DNA from: Selaginella moellendorffii
Taxonomy: Eukaryota > Plantae > Lycopodiophyta
Direction: 5' to 3'
Length of the DNA stretch: 64,000 nt
Assembly (NCBI RefSeq): GCF_000143415.4
Contig: NW_003314276.1
Span: 1,526,696 to 1,590,695 of the forward strand
Every line of letters begins with the position of its first letter. Position 1 is the first letter of the stretch. Position numbers and translations under genes: made by a program. Below are positions 39,131 through 51,420 of this stretch, piece by piece. A model generated the notes under the pieces. The model searched no databases. It was not told where the DNA came from and was given only the letters and a program-made list of their open reading frames with translations.

Positions 39131-40008
39131 CGCATTTCATTTCAGAGTCACGGCGAAAGTACTGTATTGTTTTTGATCTGAACGGTGTCCTTTTCTCCCA
39201 TGAGCGTGGCTCGTCCTCGAATGTCACGGCACCCTCCAAAGCCTGCGGTCGCAAGTTGGTCAAAAGAGACAGATTCACATTAATCACACGGGAGAAACTG
39301 CGGGATCTAATAATGACCATGCGACACTTAAAACAGAGGGCCGGGTTCAATTTGCAATTGGGAGTTTGGACATCCATGATGCGCCACAATGCATTAACGT
39401 TGCTACAGATGATGCACGATCAGACGCGAGTAATATTACCATTTGATTTTCTCCTAACGCAGGAGGATTGCTTGACTATGGTCCATGTGAGGGGTAGCAA
39501 GCCCATCTTCGTCAAGCCAGAGGCTGTAGTGATGAACCGGACTGCTAGGTCAAGTGAAATCCTCATCATCGATGACTCGCCGATTAAAACTGCAGCGAAC
39601 ACGCACACATATGCAGTGCACCCCATCTCTTGCAGTATGGAAACTAGGGAGAAGAAACCGTATGTTCTGGGGGACCTTGCAAAATGGCTTGGAGCGATGG
39701 TGATAGAGAACCGGCCAGTCCAGGAGGTGGCTGCAGAAATCAACCAAATGGCAGATGGAATGGTATATCAGAAGCCATTTGATCGGACAGACACTAGTTA
39801 TCATTTATGGCATGTATATTGTCTAGCCAAGCACTATCCGCATCTCCATAATCTGCTCAACCGGATGGGTTCTTCGACCACTGAACATGAGCGTGGACGT
39901 ATTAGAGAAGAGATGGCATTACTATTGGGTTTAAATCCTGATAGTGTGGAGAGTGATGAAATTCCAAGATTATTGTATAGGCGTTGGAGGCAAAAAATAA
40001 CAGTCTGA
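39124..40008 (+). CDS. FCP1/NIF-like HAD-superfamily phosphatase domain protein (transposon cargo)
   Basis: HAD motifs 'CIVFDLNGVL', 'LGVWTSMMRHN', 'LLTQEDC', 'ILIIDDSPIK'; 294-aa uninterrupted ORF. Confidence 0.8.
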   Translation: MLTHFISESRRKYCIVFDLNGVLFSHERGSSSNVTAPSKACGRKLVKRDRFTLITREKLRDLIMTMRHLKQRAGFNLQLGVWTSMMRHNALTLLQMMHDQTRVILPFDFLLTQEDCLTMVHVRGSKPIFVKPEAVVMNRTARSSEILIIDDSPIKTAANTHTYAVHPISCSMETREKKPYVLGDLAKWLGAMVIENRPVQEVAAEINQMADGMVYQKPFDRTDTSYHLWHVYCLAKHYPHLHNLLNRMGSSTTEHERGRIREEMALLLGLNPDSVESDEIPRLLYRRWRQKITV

Positions 40009-43000
40009 GATGGCATGTATTTATTTAAAAATGTAACTTATTATGGCATGGGGTTCCATGCCATTGTATTAATATTAAAAGACAATTCTTTGAGAGGATT
40101 TGCATTATACTAGAAGTGTTACAGCATGTTATTGGAAGTCTACGAAGTTGTTTTATTAATAAGGGGAAAGTAAAGATTGAATGGGGACTTGGGCTCCACC
40201 TAGACTCGGAGCAACTGAGCCAATATTAAAAGGATGGAAAGAAATTGGACGACGATGACAAGGAGAAGAGAGAGGTGAAGCAGTGGCAGGGGGAGGAGAA
40301 GTGATTGAGTAGACATTTCCTTGTTTAAAGAAAAATGGCATGTGCCTCAATGCAGTTGAATTTTGTTATATTTATATACTATATAAAGGTTTGGAAACCT
40401 TATTTTACAAGTGGGATAATGACAATTCCCACTTTAACGAAATAGAGCTTGAGGGTGTTTGGTAGACACGGTAAGCTATCATCTAGCGATGTTGAGGGAC
40501 CAAACTTAATATCACGGGGGTTCCCAACACTAGCAAGTGCAAGTCAACGAATGAGTTTCTCTAACCAGGTCAAGTATGCTTGACAAATAGCACGTAGGAA
40601 TTCCGTCCTTATGCCCATCTGGTCAAGTGCACATGCGAAGACCAGTTTCTCAACTAGCTTAGGCAGAGACTGATAACGGGCCCAGCAATACCGACCTCCT
40701 GCCATCGTGGCAGTAAGGTAAGAGTGTCCGTAAGGACTAGCCGACAGATAACTTTCGATGCCCGAAGTCACATTTGCGACACTTTCCCCCCTTAGGGAAG
40801 ATCGACGTCCTCGTCGATGCATACTCGAGTCTAGAATACCGCCAAGGAAACAACTCCAAAAAAAAAGTTCACGGGACTCACACTATGTGAGAAATGCACC
40901 AACTTAAATGAGTTAGGGGTAACCTCTTTGTCTAACGTAGATGCGCTACCAGCTCAGACACCTTCTGGCCGTCGCCGACAAGGAAATGACCAACGGAGTC
41001 AGCCACCCTTGCTGCTCTGGGAGTCACCCACCCAGCTCACAAAAGTGTGATATGCCCTGCCCGCAGGAACATAGAGAGAGAAGCCAGAGGCCCCAACCCT
41101 CCTAAGCAAAGAAACCAAACCCGTCGGTAAGGTTTAGATAGACTACTGTAAACAGGCAGTTAGAGTTGTTTACACAGTCACGCCCTTTGAACGGAATAAG
41201 GAACATTGACAGAGAGGCGGGTTATGTGACTAGTCGACAGTAGCTACCCCATGACTAGAGATTTCAACATGCACACGAAGTGCCGAAGCCAGTCTGCCTA
41301 TACTGGCCCAAACTCAAAGATCAATAGATGGACAATATCAAAGTCAGAGACAATGATATCTTAGAGTCTTAATTACCAATGATTAAACCTTAGATTAGAA
41401 CACAAAAGTATTCCAAGTAAGTTATCATCCGATAAACTAGGATTATAGTAGATAGGAACCACCAAGATCATCATAATTTGGCAAACACAAGAATGACCAT
41501 CCAACAAAATTCAATAGCAATTGTATCATCAAGTAAACTCAATGATAAAGTTTAACTATTAAAGATTGCAAACAAAATGCCAAACAACTTACAAAAGATA
41601 ACTCAAAGAACACAAAGTATCATTGACTGACAAGCAAAATGCTCGCGAATGTATCACCTGAAGGAAATAATATCCTGATCTATCAGAACTAACTCGAGCA
41701 ATAATCAACAAAACAGAATGAATGCGGTAAGACCAACAAACACTCGTTAATGCCAACTATTGCACTAGTCAATCTGAACAGATCCCAGCCAACAACACCA
41801 AGGAACTCAAGTCGCTTAAGCAAGTGTTAGCAACATTCTACTGATGTCTCAAACCCAAGAGATCAATCCAGAGCAAACCACAAAGAACATATGGTATTGC
41901 TAAAAGCCAAAAGCCATCAAAGATAACAATTAACCACCATGAAAGATCATCAATCATCCCATCAAAAGAGATATGCATAATCATCATCGAAGAAACAATC
42001 TAACAACAATAATCGAGCAAAACGTTTGATAAGGATAATCAACTATCTTAGATGATAATTAATCATCACCAATGATTGCAAAATGCAAAAGCCAACTTCA
42101 ATATTAAAGCTAATGAGCCATAATGCCTTCCCCAACAACTTCTAACAAATGGAACAACCAGCATAAAACTCAAAGAACCAAAAGCTCAAAAAAGTCTATA
42201 GCCAAGTCTTGTATAACAATGATCACGAGTCTCGCATGAACTAACTTCAATGCTAAAGAAGAAATCATAGTGCAACCCACAATATCTTCCTCGACACATT
42301 CATAAGCCAAACTTCACATACAAAGCTAATGAAGAGCATGTCTGCATTAATCCAAAAGCTAAGCATAACGAAGCTATGCTCAACAAGTGATCACCAAATG
42401 ATCCTCCATGAATCCATCTATAGCAAAACGTAACTCACTTCATAACAAGCACAAAAAGAATCATCAATGATTGATATATCTCAATTCAAACCCAATAAGG
42501 AATCAATCACTTCAATATCAATCATTAACTCTTCCTCTTATAGAGTTAGTGTTGTCCACGACTAAATCACTTTTCAAGGAAAAGTTAAAACTCATCCTCT
42601 ACTAAACAATCTCGTCTAGAACACAACTAACCCAACTTGCCACTCAGTTCATTTAAACGTCAATATAGTTGCTAACTAGCAAATGCAAGAATGTTAATAA
42701 CACAAAGCCATAGCCAAATCATTAACACTATCTACATCGAAACTAATGAAACTTGACATCAATCTTGCAGAGAGACATCTCATTTCACTAAAATTTCAAC
42801 ATCAACAATGTCAACGACAATGCATTACTTCAATGCCATCAACACTAGAACAAAGCTAGAAGAAGGCACGAGTGTATCACCACTCAAAGCTCTCTAGCAA
42901 CCAAGCTAACCAAGGTCGAAGATACTTTAGTTAGTATCCGAGACCAATCCTTTAGCAAAACTCAGTTACAGATAACACTTTCTCAAGGAGTGAATCACCA

Positions 43001-46000
43001 CGTCCAAGACTCAATGAAATCTAACACTATGAACTAAACGCAACCAAATGATATCAACAGAGGTAGAGTCAATATGCCAACATGGAAAACCCATGTAATT
43101 TTAACAACACGATCCTCCGCAACACCATCTAGTAAAGCAAACCCATCACTGCCAAATCATTATCGAGTGAAGCAAGTGTTAACAGTCCTCGACAAAGTGT
43201 ACAAGGAATCACTAGTCGCAAAGCAACTAACAATCACTCTTTCAACTTGCCTTCACAAGACCCAAACACTAAACTCATGCCATCGAGTCATATACTTTTC
43301 CAACATGAACGTAATACATCATGGATGAGATAAAGGTTCATAGGCAAGCACAAACTAAATAACCACTCGAATCCAACTCAACCACGACAAGCTCACCAAT
43401 GCATTTAGCCACTAGCTCTGAGCATGCCTTGAAGAGGCTAGCTATACATGATCAACACTAAGTCGAAACTAAAGTGAAGACCACGAGATGGACTCATATC
43501 GGTACACAACTTCCTTATAGACAAAGCTATAGTATGGGTATTAACATCTCAAACTCAAACAACAAAATTGGACATCACCATCCTCAGCCAAGGCGCAAAG
43601 CCACCAAGACTAAGTCAAGATTAGTGAGAGCTCACTACTCTCATAGAGTCTTAACGAAACGCAAGGTGCAATCTGCCACCAAGCACAACGCTACAAAAGA
43701 AAGGCACAAGGGTCACCTTTCTTAGAAAAGTGCAACGGCCACTTTTCTTCACCAATTCCAGACTCTATCCAACTCAATTGCCTTAGCCCCAAAAGCTAGC
43801 ATCCCTTTCGGGTCGCATTATACAAACTACCTACTAAGGTCTAAGCTAACTTAAGTCAACTCTAACCCCTTCACTAGTTTGTACTGGCTTACGAAACGGA
43901 AAGGTTTTCAGACAAAGTCATCAACAGATCAGCCATTGGAAAAGCCTAAGAAAATTTGTGGAAAATTTTCCATCCTAGATAAAAAATGACTCTTAGTCTA
44001 GGACAAACTTTCAAGACTCAACCAACTTCCTCCTACTAACAACTTCAAATAGGTTCACCTTGACACCAATTCTCAAGACCCATAGTATGCTTAAGCCTTG
44101 AACATCTTTTTGCCCATACTTTTGACATCTAACACCGACATCCATAAAATGCAAATGGAACATCCAAGGCTTGATCACAAAGACCACATCTTTGGATATC
44201 CACATTGCACTAACACTCTTCTTCAACCACCTTCAAGATCTAATGTGAAACTAAAACACTAACAAGAAAAATGACATGGAAAATCAAGCTCAAGGAAAAT
44301 TCCTCATCACTTGAAGAACAATGCCACTTCCACTAACACAAGTGCTAGCGATGTCAATGCTTCAACTACACACTTTCTCCATCCAACAATCTACTCCAAG
44401 TGCTAACGGATCAACTGACAAGCCATAGCAAGTGAATGCTATAACCCTTTCCAACACCTTATGGGCAAACCCTCAAGGAACAAGAAACCAACTTAAGCTT
44501 AGCATAATGGACCACCATTGAGAATCCAGTCAAAGCTACTACAATGCTACTTCGTGCAAGTAGACTAGCTTCACCATCAACCACTTTGGGGTTGATCATC
44601 GTTTAACCAAGCAACTTCGTAAACACATTGCTCATTATCACATGGATATGATATAGAAATCACAATGACTTGATCATCAATCAAGCAACAATATGAGCAA
44701 TGCCAATGTCATTACTTCAAAGGTTTATGTGAGTATCAAGTGTCAACTCGATTCGACAAAATGAAACATAAATGCCACACGTCACCGATAGAGATTTACA
44801 ACACCCAACACCACTAACTTTTGTTCACAACATGGACAAGCTCATGCCACTCTCTTTCCGACCAAACTCAAAACTTAATCCAACACCAAGCTACTCAAGG
44901 AGCAATAGCAAGGTTCCCCGAAAAAGAATTGAGCATTGTAACCCAAGTCTTCCAATAGTAAGCTTAGACAAAATGGTTTAGCGTTTCACCGCTATCCATC
45001 CCACAACTCACCATTTGTAAGACCATCACTTCCAAATGCATCAAGGTAGGGACTCTTGATTGCATGATGTGAACATGAGCAATGAGTCACACCTCGTTGC
45101 AAATCATTTCTCCAAGAAGAGAAGATGATTTACGTGTTTGATCCTTCGTGCCCGATGACTCTCTTTTCGGTCTCATCTTTGACTAAACCTCAAGCTTGCT
45201 TTTGCACTGCCTTCAGTCTAATCCAAGAAAAGTTTATGAGAGAGCACAGCAACAATCACTTGAAATCAATAGACTTATCCCTACAGTCTTGATTGATCCA
45301 CTTGTAATCATGCCTAAGAAGGATCCACTAGTGCCGTGCTAAACAACTACGGACCAGCCTATTTGCCACTTATAGCAAACCCAGGGAAGGTTTGCTTTTA
45401 CCCATGGTACAAGGAACAACTCATGGAACCACCGATAGGCTAACATTAATCCTACCAACTCAAAGTGTAACCTTGAGTTGCTAATGTGCCTCACTCACGA
45501 GCCCAAGCTCAAACTCGTGCAAACGGAACATCTCCAATCCATCCTATGAGCCCAAGCGTAAGCTCACATCATAAGGTACAACAAGGTAACCAAATCCATA
45601 CCCAAGAAATGAATATGAAGTCTTTGCACCCAAACGTGTACCCACTCGGATCATCGTTTTCATCTCTACGTATGCAATGAGACTAGTTGCCCAATCTCAT
45701 TGAATAGTACTCGCTGAGACTCATCCTCTGATACCAAATGTAGCGCACGTGGTTTTGACCCTTTATCCTATGGTGATTTACCATAGGATAACACCACGAA
45801 GCGGAACCTAAACCCTCTTTGTGCCACGTGACAGATGCCACATGTCATATGCCACATGTCCATGCCACGTGTCCATAGGAACCCGAGGGTCAGGGCCTTG
45901 GCCACTGAACGAAGGAACGGTGCCAAACTCCCAAGCATGGAGCCAAGGAGTGATGGAACCAAACCACGGAGCAACTCCTAAGCATAAAGCCCAAGGAGCG

Positions 46001-47780
46001 AAGGGACAAGGGCCTGGAGCGACTTGGAACAGTCCTAGAGTAACCAGCATCCCAATGCCAGGACCAACACGCAAAACGGAGCCAAACGGAGTCTGGCGCT
46101 ATTTCGGCATACCGGTGGCCTAACGCGAGGACATGGGTACTCCACCAACTAGCATGGAATGGAACTTGGGCTTAGACCCAAGCCGGACGCAGAACAAGGA
46201 CAGGCACGCAAGTGGGAGCTAGACTATGCCTCAGGTTGGTCAGCCATGCCCGACCTACCCACTATCCCTACTATACATTTGGAACCCCCCACAGCCCTCC
46301 CCCCCCTTGAGGAACACACGCTTTGGGTTTTCACCCCAAGCCTCCCTTAGTATTAGGAGTTAGTCTCTGGGACAAGCTTGAAACTTACTAAATATGGAAT
46401 GTCCTTAGATTGCGAATTTGGACACGGGACGAATACCATTGTGTTCAGGCCGATCTCTACATTCCGTAGATATGCCAAATGAGCAAATCTGGACACTTTC
46501 CATAAATAGCATTTGGGACCGAAATGAGACCAACACAAAGGGCATGATAGCGAGGGTGTTTGGCAGACACGGTAAGCTATCATCTAGCGATGTTGAGGGA
46601 CCAAGCTCAATATCGCGGGGGTTCCCAACACTAGCAAGTGCAAGTCAACGAATGAGTTTCTCTAACCAGGTCAAGTATGCTTGACAAATAGCACGTAGGA
46701 ATTCCGTCCTTATACCCATCTGGTCAAGTGCACATGCAAAGACCAGTTTCTCAACTAGCTTAGGCGGAGACTGATAACGGGCCCAGCAATACCGACCTCC
46801 TGCCATCGTGGCAGTAAGGTAAGAGTGTCCGTAAGGACTAGCCGACAGGTAACTTTCGATACCCGAAGTCACATTCGCGACAGTGGTTGGGTGGTGAAGA
46901 GCCTCAAGAGGAGGTGTAGTATAATTTAGGGAGACTAGATTTTTGTCTTTTAGCCATTAACCTTAAAAAATTTCCAATATTTAGAATAGATAGTTTAGCA
47001 TATTACAATTGATATACATTTAGATTAATCTTATGTTTATAATTTATAAACCTTTTAATACACTTCTAGGTATATTCTAGTATATTTTATAATTTAACAG
47101 TTAGAATATACTTAGATTAGGTTATGATGTAAAAGATTACATTAAAAAGAAATAATATATTTGAATGTTAAGCGAAGTATAGGCCTATTGCCCATAACCT
47201 CATAGGTTACATATGAATGTAACAAAAAGATATAATGCTTTATTCTTGGATTTTTATTACACTTATGTTTAAACTTTTGGCCCAATACTTCAGTGCAAAC
47301 ATAGCAATGATGTCATACCTAGTTTGTATGAACTGTTAAAGTTAGCTTGATTAATTTTGAGCAAAGATTTATTCACAATTTATGAAGAATGCATATCTTC
47401 AAGTACTATGGTGGATATGCTTGCAAAGACTTTTCTCTACATAGAAAAAAGTCAAGATTTACACTTTCAGGTTGTAATATTATAAACATCTTTACTATTG
47501 CATAATTTTTTTTGTATGTCGTATAACTACATTTAAAATATTGAAAAACTTAAAATGAACTTATCCAAAATGTTGAAGTGATTATTTTTTACTAATTACT
47601 CTATGCATACAAAGCGATCTACACATAAAAAATATGATTATATATTAAGTGCAACATTACAATATTATATTTAAAATTTTTGTGTAAAATACTTAATAAA
47701 ATTTTTAGAAAAAAATAATTCTTTGCATATGGTACTTTCTTTTTAATATTAAATTATTTTGTATTCTATCAAACTCAATT

Positions 47781-47783
<3 letters not shown>

Positions 47784-47812
<29 letters not shown>
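47784..47812. repeat. (TA)n microsatellite
   Basis: Directly visible. Confidence 0.9.
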
Positions 47813-47815
<3 letters not shown>

Positions 47816-48508
47816 TGGATGTTGATGGTGTGGTTGTGGCTAGTGCTAATATCCTTCACTAAGTACAAAATGCTATAATTGATGTATTGGAGAAAATATT
47901 TAATGCACAACTTCCAAAATAACGATAAACATTCTGCATTTTTTCAAATTATAGAGAACAAATTTAGCATGGTGTGTTTTGAGTTTTGATGATACATTAA
48001 ATTTTCATGATAATGTGAAAAATTATATATTTCAATGCCAATTAGGTTTAGCATCATCACGAAATCAAAATGTTAAATTTTCAATTTATCATTTTTTCTA
48101 TCTCTTACCATTTAAAGTGCACTTGTCACAATAAGTTAATAGTTTACCAAAGTCTGAATGACAACTTGGTATTATCAATTAAATTTAATTATCTTTTAAT
48201 TACAAATTTATTAAAAATACAACATTCAATCTATTGTCATTCTTAAAATACTGCTCCTTTTTATATAAAAGTTTTGAATTAAATTTTACTTTTACACAAT
48301 TTACAACACTATCGTCTGATGTTACAACATAATTGATAGAATATACATCAGCACAGTTTATAAAAACAGTTTGTAAGAATAAATCTTCACACTATTGTGT
48401 TGTTTTGTCTTCTTAAAATCATTGTGAAATTATTACAAAACTCACTTGAAACTGAACTGTTGGGACGTACTTGCAATGTCATCCAATATCATTGAAGAGT
48501 GAGTAACA

Positions 48509-50340
48509 ATGAGTGGCTTAAATGCACTCGCCCACCTGGCACATCTCCGACACATTTTATCCTTAGTCCAGCAAATGGAAGGGAGATGGATCTTGAGCAT
48601 TTGCATCGTCCTCTTCACTGCAGCGCTATGGCGATTCGTGACGGTCTACTGGTGGCGCCCCAGGGCGATCGCGGCGCAGCTGAAGAAGGAGGGCATTCAG
48701 GGGCCTCCACCCCGATTCATGGTAGGCCAAATAGCTGAAATCCAGAACATGAGGAGCGCCATCAAGGATCACGACATGGAAAGTTTCAGCCACGACATTT
48801 TCCATCGGGTACATCCTGCGTTGCTCAAATGGCGGAAGCAATATGGTATGTTCTTGTCATCCCTGATGAATCTCAAAGCTTCGTTCCTGATGATCATGGT
48901 CCAGGGAAGAGATTTGTGTTCTGGTGGGGAACTGAGCCAAGGATATCGGTCTCGGAGCCTGAGATCGTAAGGGAGGTTTTGTCTAAGAAGTTTTCTCAGT
49001 TTGATAAATCGGAGGCCGGGCTGCGGTTGGCGAACTTGTTCCTTGGTCGTGGATTAGTTTCTGTTACTGGAGAGGAATGGAGTCATCACCGCCGACTCGT
49101 AGCACCGGCATTCTTTCATAAACGTATTAAAGTGGGTATTCATACTATTATCTTCTCATGAAGTCTGGCTGATAAGTGTTTCTGATTCTCCTGTACACAG
49201 CAGATGACCGGTACAATCGCAGGGTGCGCATCTCGCATGCTTGATCAATGTGAAGCTACAATGCACCAGAATCCCGAGATTGAAATCTCCGGAGAGGTGC
49301 GTAAGCTCACAGGAGACGTTATCTCCCATACAGCATTTGGAACTAGCTATCTCAAAGGGCAGAGGGTTTTCGAGATATTGTCTAAGAAAATCCCAGAGCT
49401 ACTGCCCAAACTCGTCAGCTTTTCCTGGATTCCAGGCTTCAGGTATGCTCGATCATCTATTGAACTGAATCCTATTCACTTGCTTACAGGTTTCTCCCAC
49501 TTCCAATCAACCTCCGAATGTGGAAGCTTCATCAGGAGTTGGATTCTCTGATCACTGGGATCATAGACGAGCGTCGGAACTCAGTGAAGTCAGGGGGGAG
49601 CAATACATACGGGAATGACTTACTCGGATTGATGCTAAAGGAGTGTGACAGCAGCAGTAATTTCACAAGGAGGGATCTGATAGAGGAATGCAAGACATTC
49701 TACTTTGCGGGGCATGCGACCACAGCCACCTTACTAACCTGGACTTTGATGCTACTGGGAGGCTATCCTGAATGGCAAGAACGCGCCCGTGCTGAGGTAC
49801 ACGAAGTATGTGGCAATGAGATTCCTGATGGCGAGAGTGTCAGCAGGCTCAAGCTCGTAAGTCGATCAATATCTCCTAATTCCAAAACTTAACTTCTTGA
49901 TTCTTGAACAGGTGGGAATGATCCTTTACGAAACTCTGCGGCTGTATCCACCAGCAATCGAGATGACCAGGGAGTGTGTGGAGGAGTCTTGGCTGCAAGA
50001 TTTACACGTTCCAAAAGGAGTATCTGTGTCGTTTCCAATCGCTGGATTGCATCAGGACAAGGAGCTCTGGGGAGAAGATGCAGGCCAATTCAATCCGGAT
50101 CGCTTCAAAGATGGGATCTCAAGCGCGTGCAAGCATCCAAATGCTTTCATGCCGTTTTCGTTTGGGCCGCGGGTGTGCGTGGGCCAGTCGTTTGCGATGA
50201 TCGAAGCCAAAGTCATTCTGGCTATGATACTACAGCGATTCTTGTTCCGGCTTTCACCGAACTACCGCCATAATCCTGCGATGAAGTTTTTTTTCTTGAA
50301 GCCTATCCATGGAGTGCCGCTTGTACTCAGTAAAATGTGA
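48509..50340 (+). CDS. Cytochrome P450, CYP72 clan; exons 48509-48845, 48905-49130, 49201-49442, 49490-49856, 49912-50340
   Basis: N-terminal TM segment plus GIQGPPP, WSHHRR, ECKTFYFAGHATT, ETLRLYPP, FNPDRF, heme motif FSFGPRVCVG. Four GT-AG introns of 47-70 bp restore the frame. Confidence 0.93.
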
Positions 50341-50829
50341 TACATAAAAGTTATGTTTGTTGAACTACTACGAGTTCTTGAACCAAACTGGTTGATAAAT
50401 CATCTGCTCTTTCATAGTACCTCAGAAACGTTTAGAACCATCGCGATGGAGCCCGAGGTTCCAAGAGAGTCCACCACCGAGTGAACTCCAGCGAGAATCT
50501 CGTCCAAAACGCCATGCAGGTAAGTGTAAAAGTAAACCGGCAACGATTTTGTTTAACATAGAGTCATGCCAATAAAAACAATAACGTCAATGGAGTGATG
50601 GTTTGAGAGGGCTTCCACAGTGGTATTGCTGGAAACGAGATAGAGGGCCACCAGGGAATGCAGGCCCTTGGCATCGGCTAGCACATGGTACTTTCTCAGC
50701 GAGAAGAAGGATGTCCTCCCTCCGATCCATCGCAGCTTCTGGATCCCAATCGAGCTTGGCGTTCATATTTCTTCCATTGTTTTTTAGTTCTAGGTTTTCG
50801 TCCAGGGAGGAAGGCATCCTATTTTGTCG

Positions 50830-51420
50830 GGAGATGGAGCTGGATGGGGGCCGCGAGGAAAGATTTTTGCACCATTTGCAAGAGTGGTGGCAAAGTAGCT
50901 CGAGATGCCCTGGTTTGTTGTGTTAGTGTGCACAAATGTTCTCATACTGGCATTGTATTTATTTTTGTTTCAGGAGGAGCCTCTAAGTAGATTCTCAAAT
51001 TATTGGTATTGGCTTGGCAAAGGTTATCTTGCTGCAAGAGGGAAGCACTAACAGGAGTTTCATGCACTCTCACGGAGAAGGAAGCAGAAGAAGAGCTGAT
51101 GAAGCATTACCTTGTCAAGTGGAAGTCGAGGTGTTACCTTCATTGCTCTTGGTAAGTCTTTTCTTGGTTATAGACACTAGTCACGTACGAAGCATCACAG
51201 GATATCACTGAATGAAATGGAGAGAGCTTCAAGGCTGTATCATGGCTTGCGAATGAAGATGAACCAATGCCACAAAACGTGTGAGGCCATGAAACAATGT
51301 CCAACTCGAGCGGAATGAATCACTGTTGACATGGTCATAGATGAAAGGTTTGCTTACGATGATTTTTCTTGCATGTTGACACTAAATTATTGGTGTCAAT
51401 CTTGTCAACTGGAAGGAGCA
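50830..51420 (+). pseudogene. CHD3/PICKLE-like chromatin remodeler fragment (PHD + chromodomain remnants)
   Basis: 'DFCTICKSGGK' (start of a PHD finger), 'LMKHYLVKWKSRCYLHCSW' (chromodomain), 'VDMVIDE', 'LVNWKE'; no helicase exons follow. Confidence 0.7.

Larger units (their letters stand above)
27784..40356. repeat. Dispersed 22-bp palindrome ATGGCRTGWGGCCWCAYGCCAT (>20 copies)
   Basis: Copies start at about 27784, 27873, 28280, 28473, 28633, 28779, 30121, 30178, 32023, 32093, 32191, 32805, 33735, 34584, 34661, 34721, 35904, 37379, 37520, 38891, 38966, 40043, 40335; also 5394 and 5568 in the MITE. Confidence 0.93.
27242..40450. mobile_element. 13.2-kb cargo-carrying TIR DNA transposon, Sola1/DUF7869-like
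   Basis: Perfect 24-bp TIR AAGCTCTATTTCGTTAAAGTGGGA (27242-27265 / 40427-40450). TSD GAGG at 27238-27241 and 40451-40454. The sister LTR shows the empty site GATAGC-GAGG-GTGTTT (~46546-46561). Contains a DDD transposase. Confidence 0.95.
26420..46882 (-). mobile_element. Full-length non-autonomous (LARD-like) LTR retroelement; 5' LTR 45739-46882, 3' LTR 26420-40781 interrupted by a DNA transposon
   Basis: Two highly similar ~1.14-kb TG...CA LTRs. TSD GTGGT at 26415-26419 and 46883-46887. PBS TGGTATCAGAG (tRNA-Met type) on the minus strand at ~45726-45736. PPT AAGGGGGGAAAG at 40782-40793. No long ORF in the 5-kb interior. Confidence 0.93.

Noticed and set aside
27784-40356. CRISPR-like interpretation of the palindromic repeats
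   Set aside because: Spacing is irregular (tens to thousands of bp), there are no cas genes, and the context is a eukaryotic transposon.
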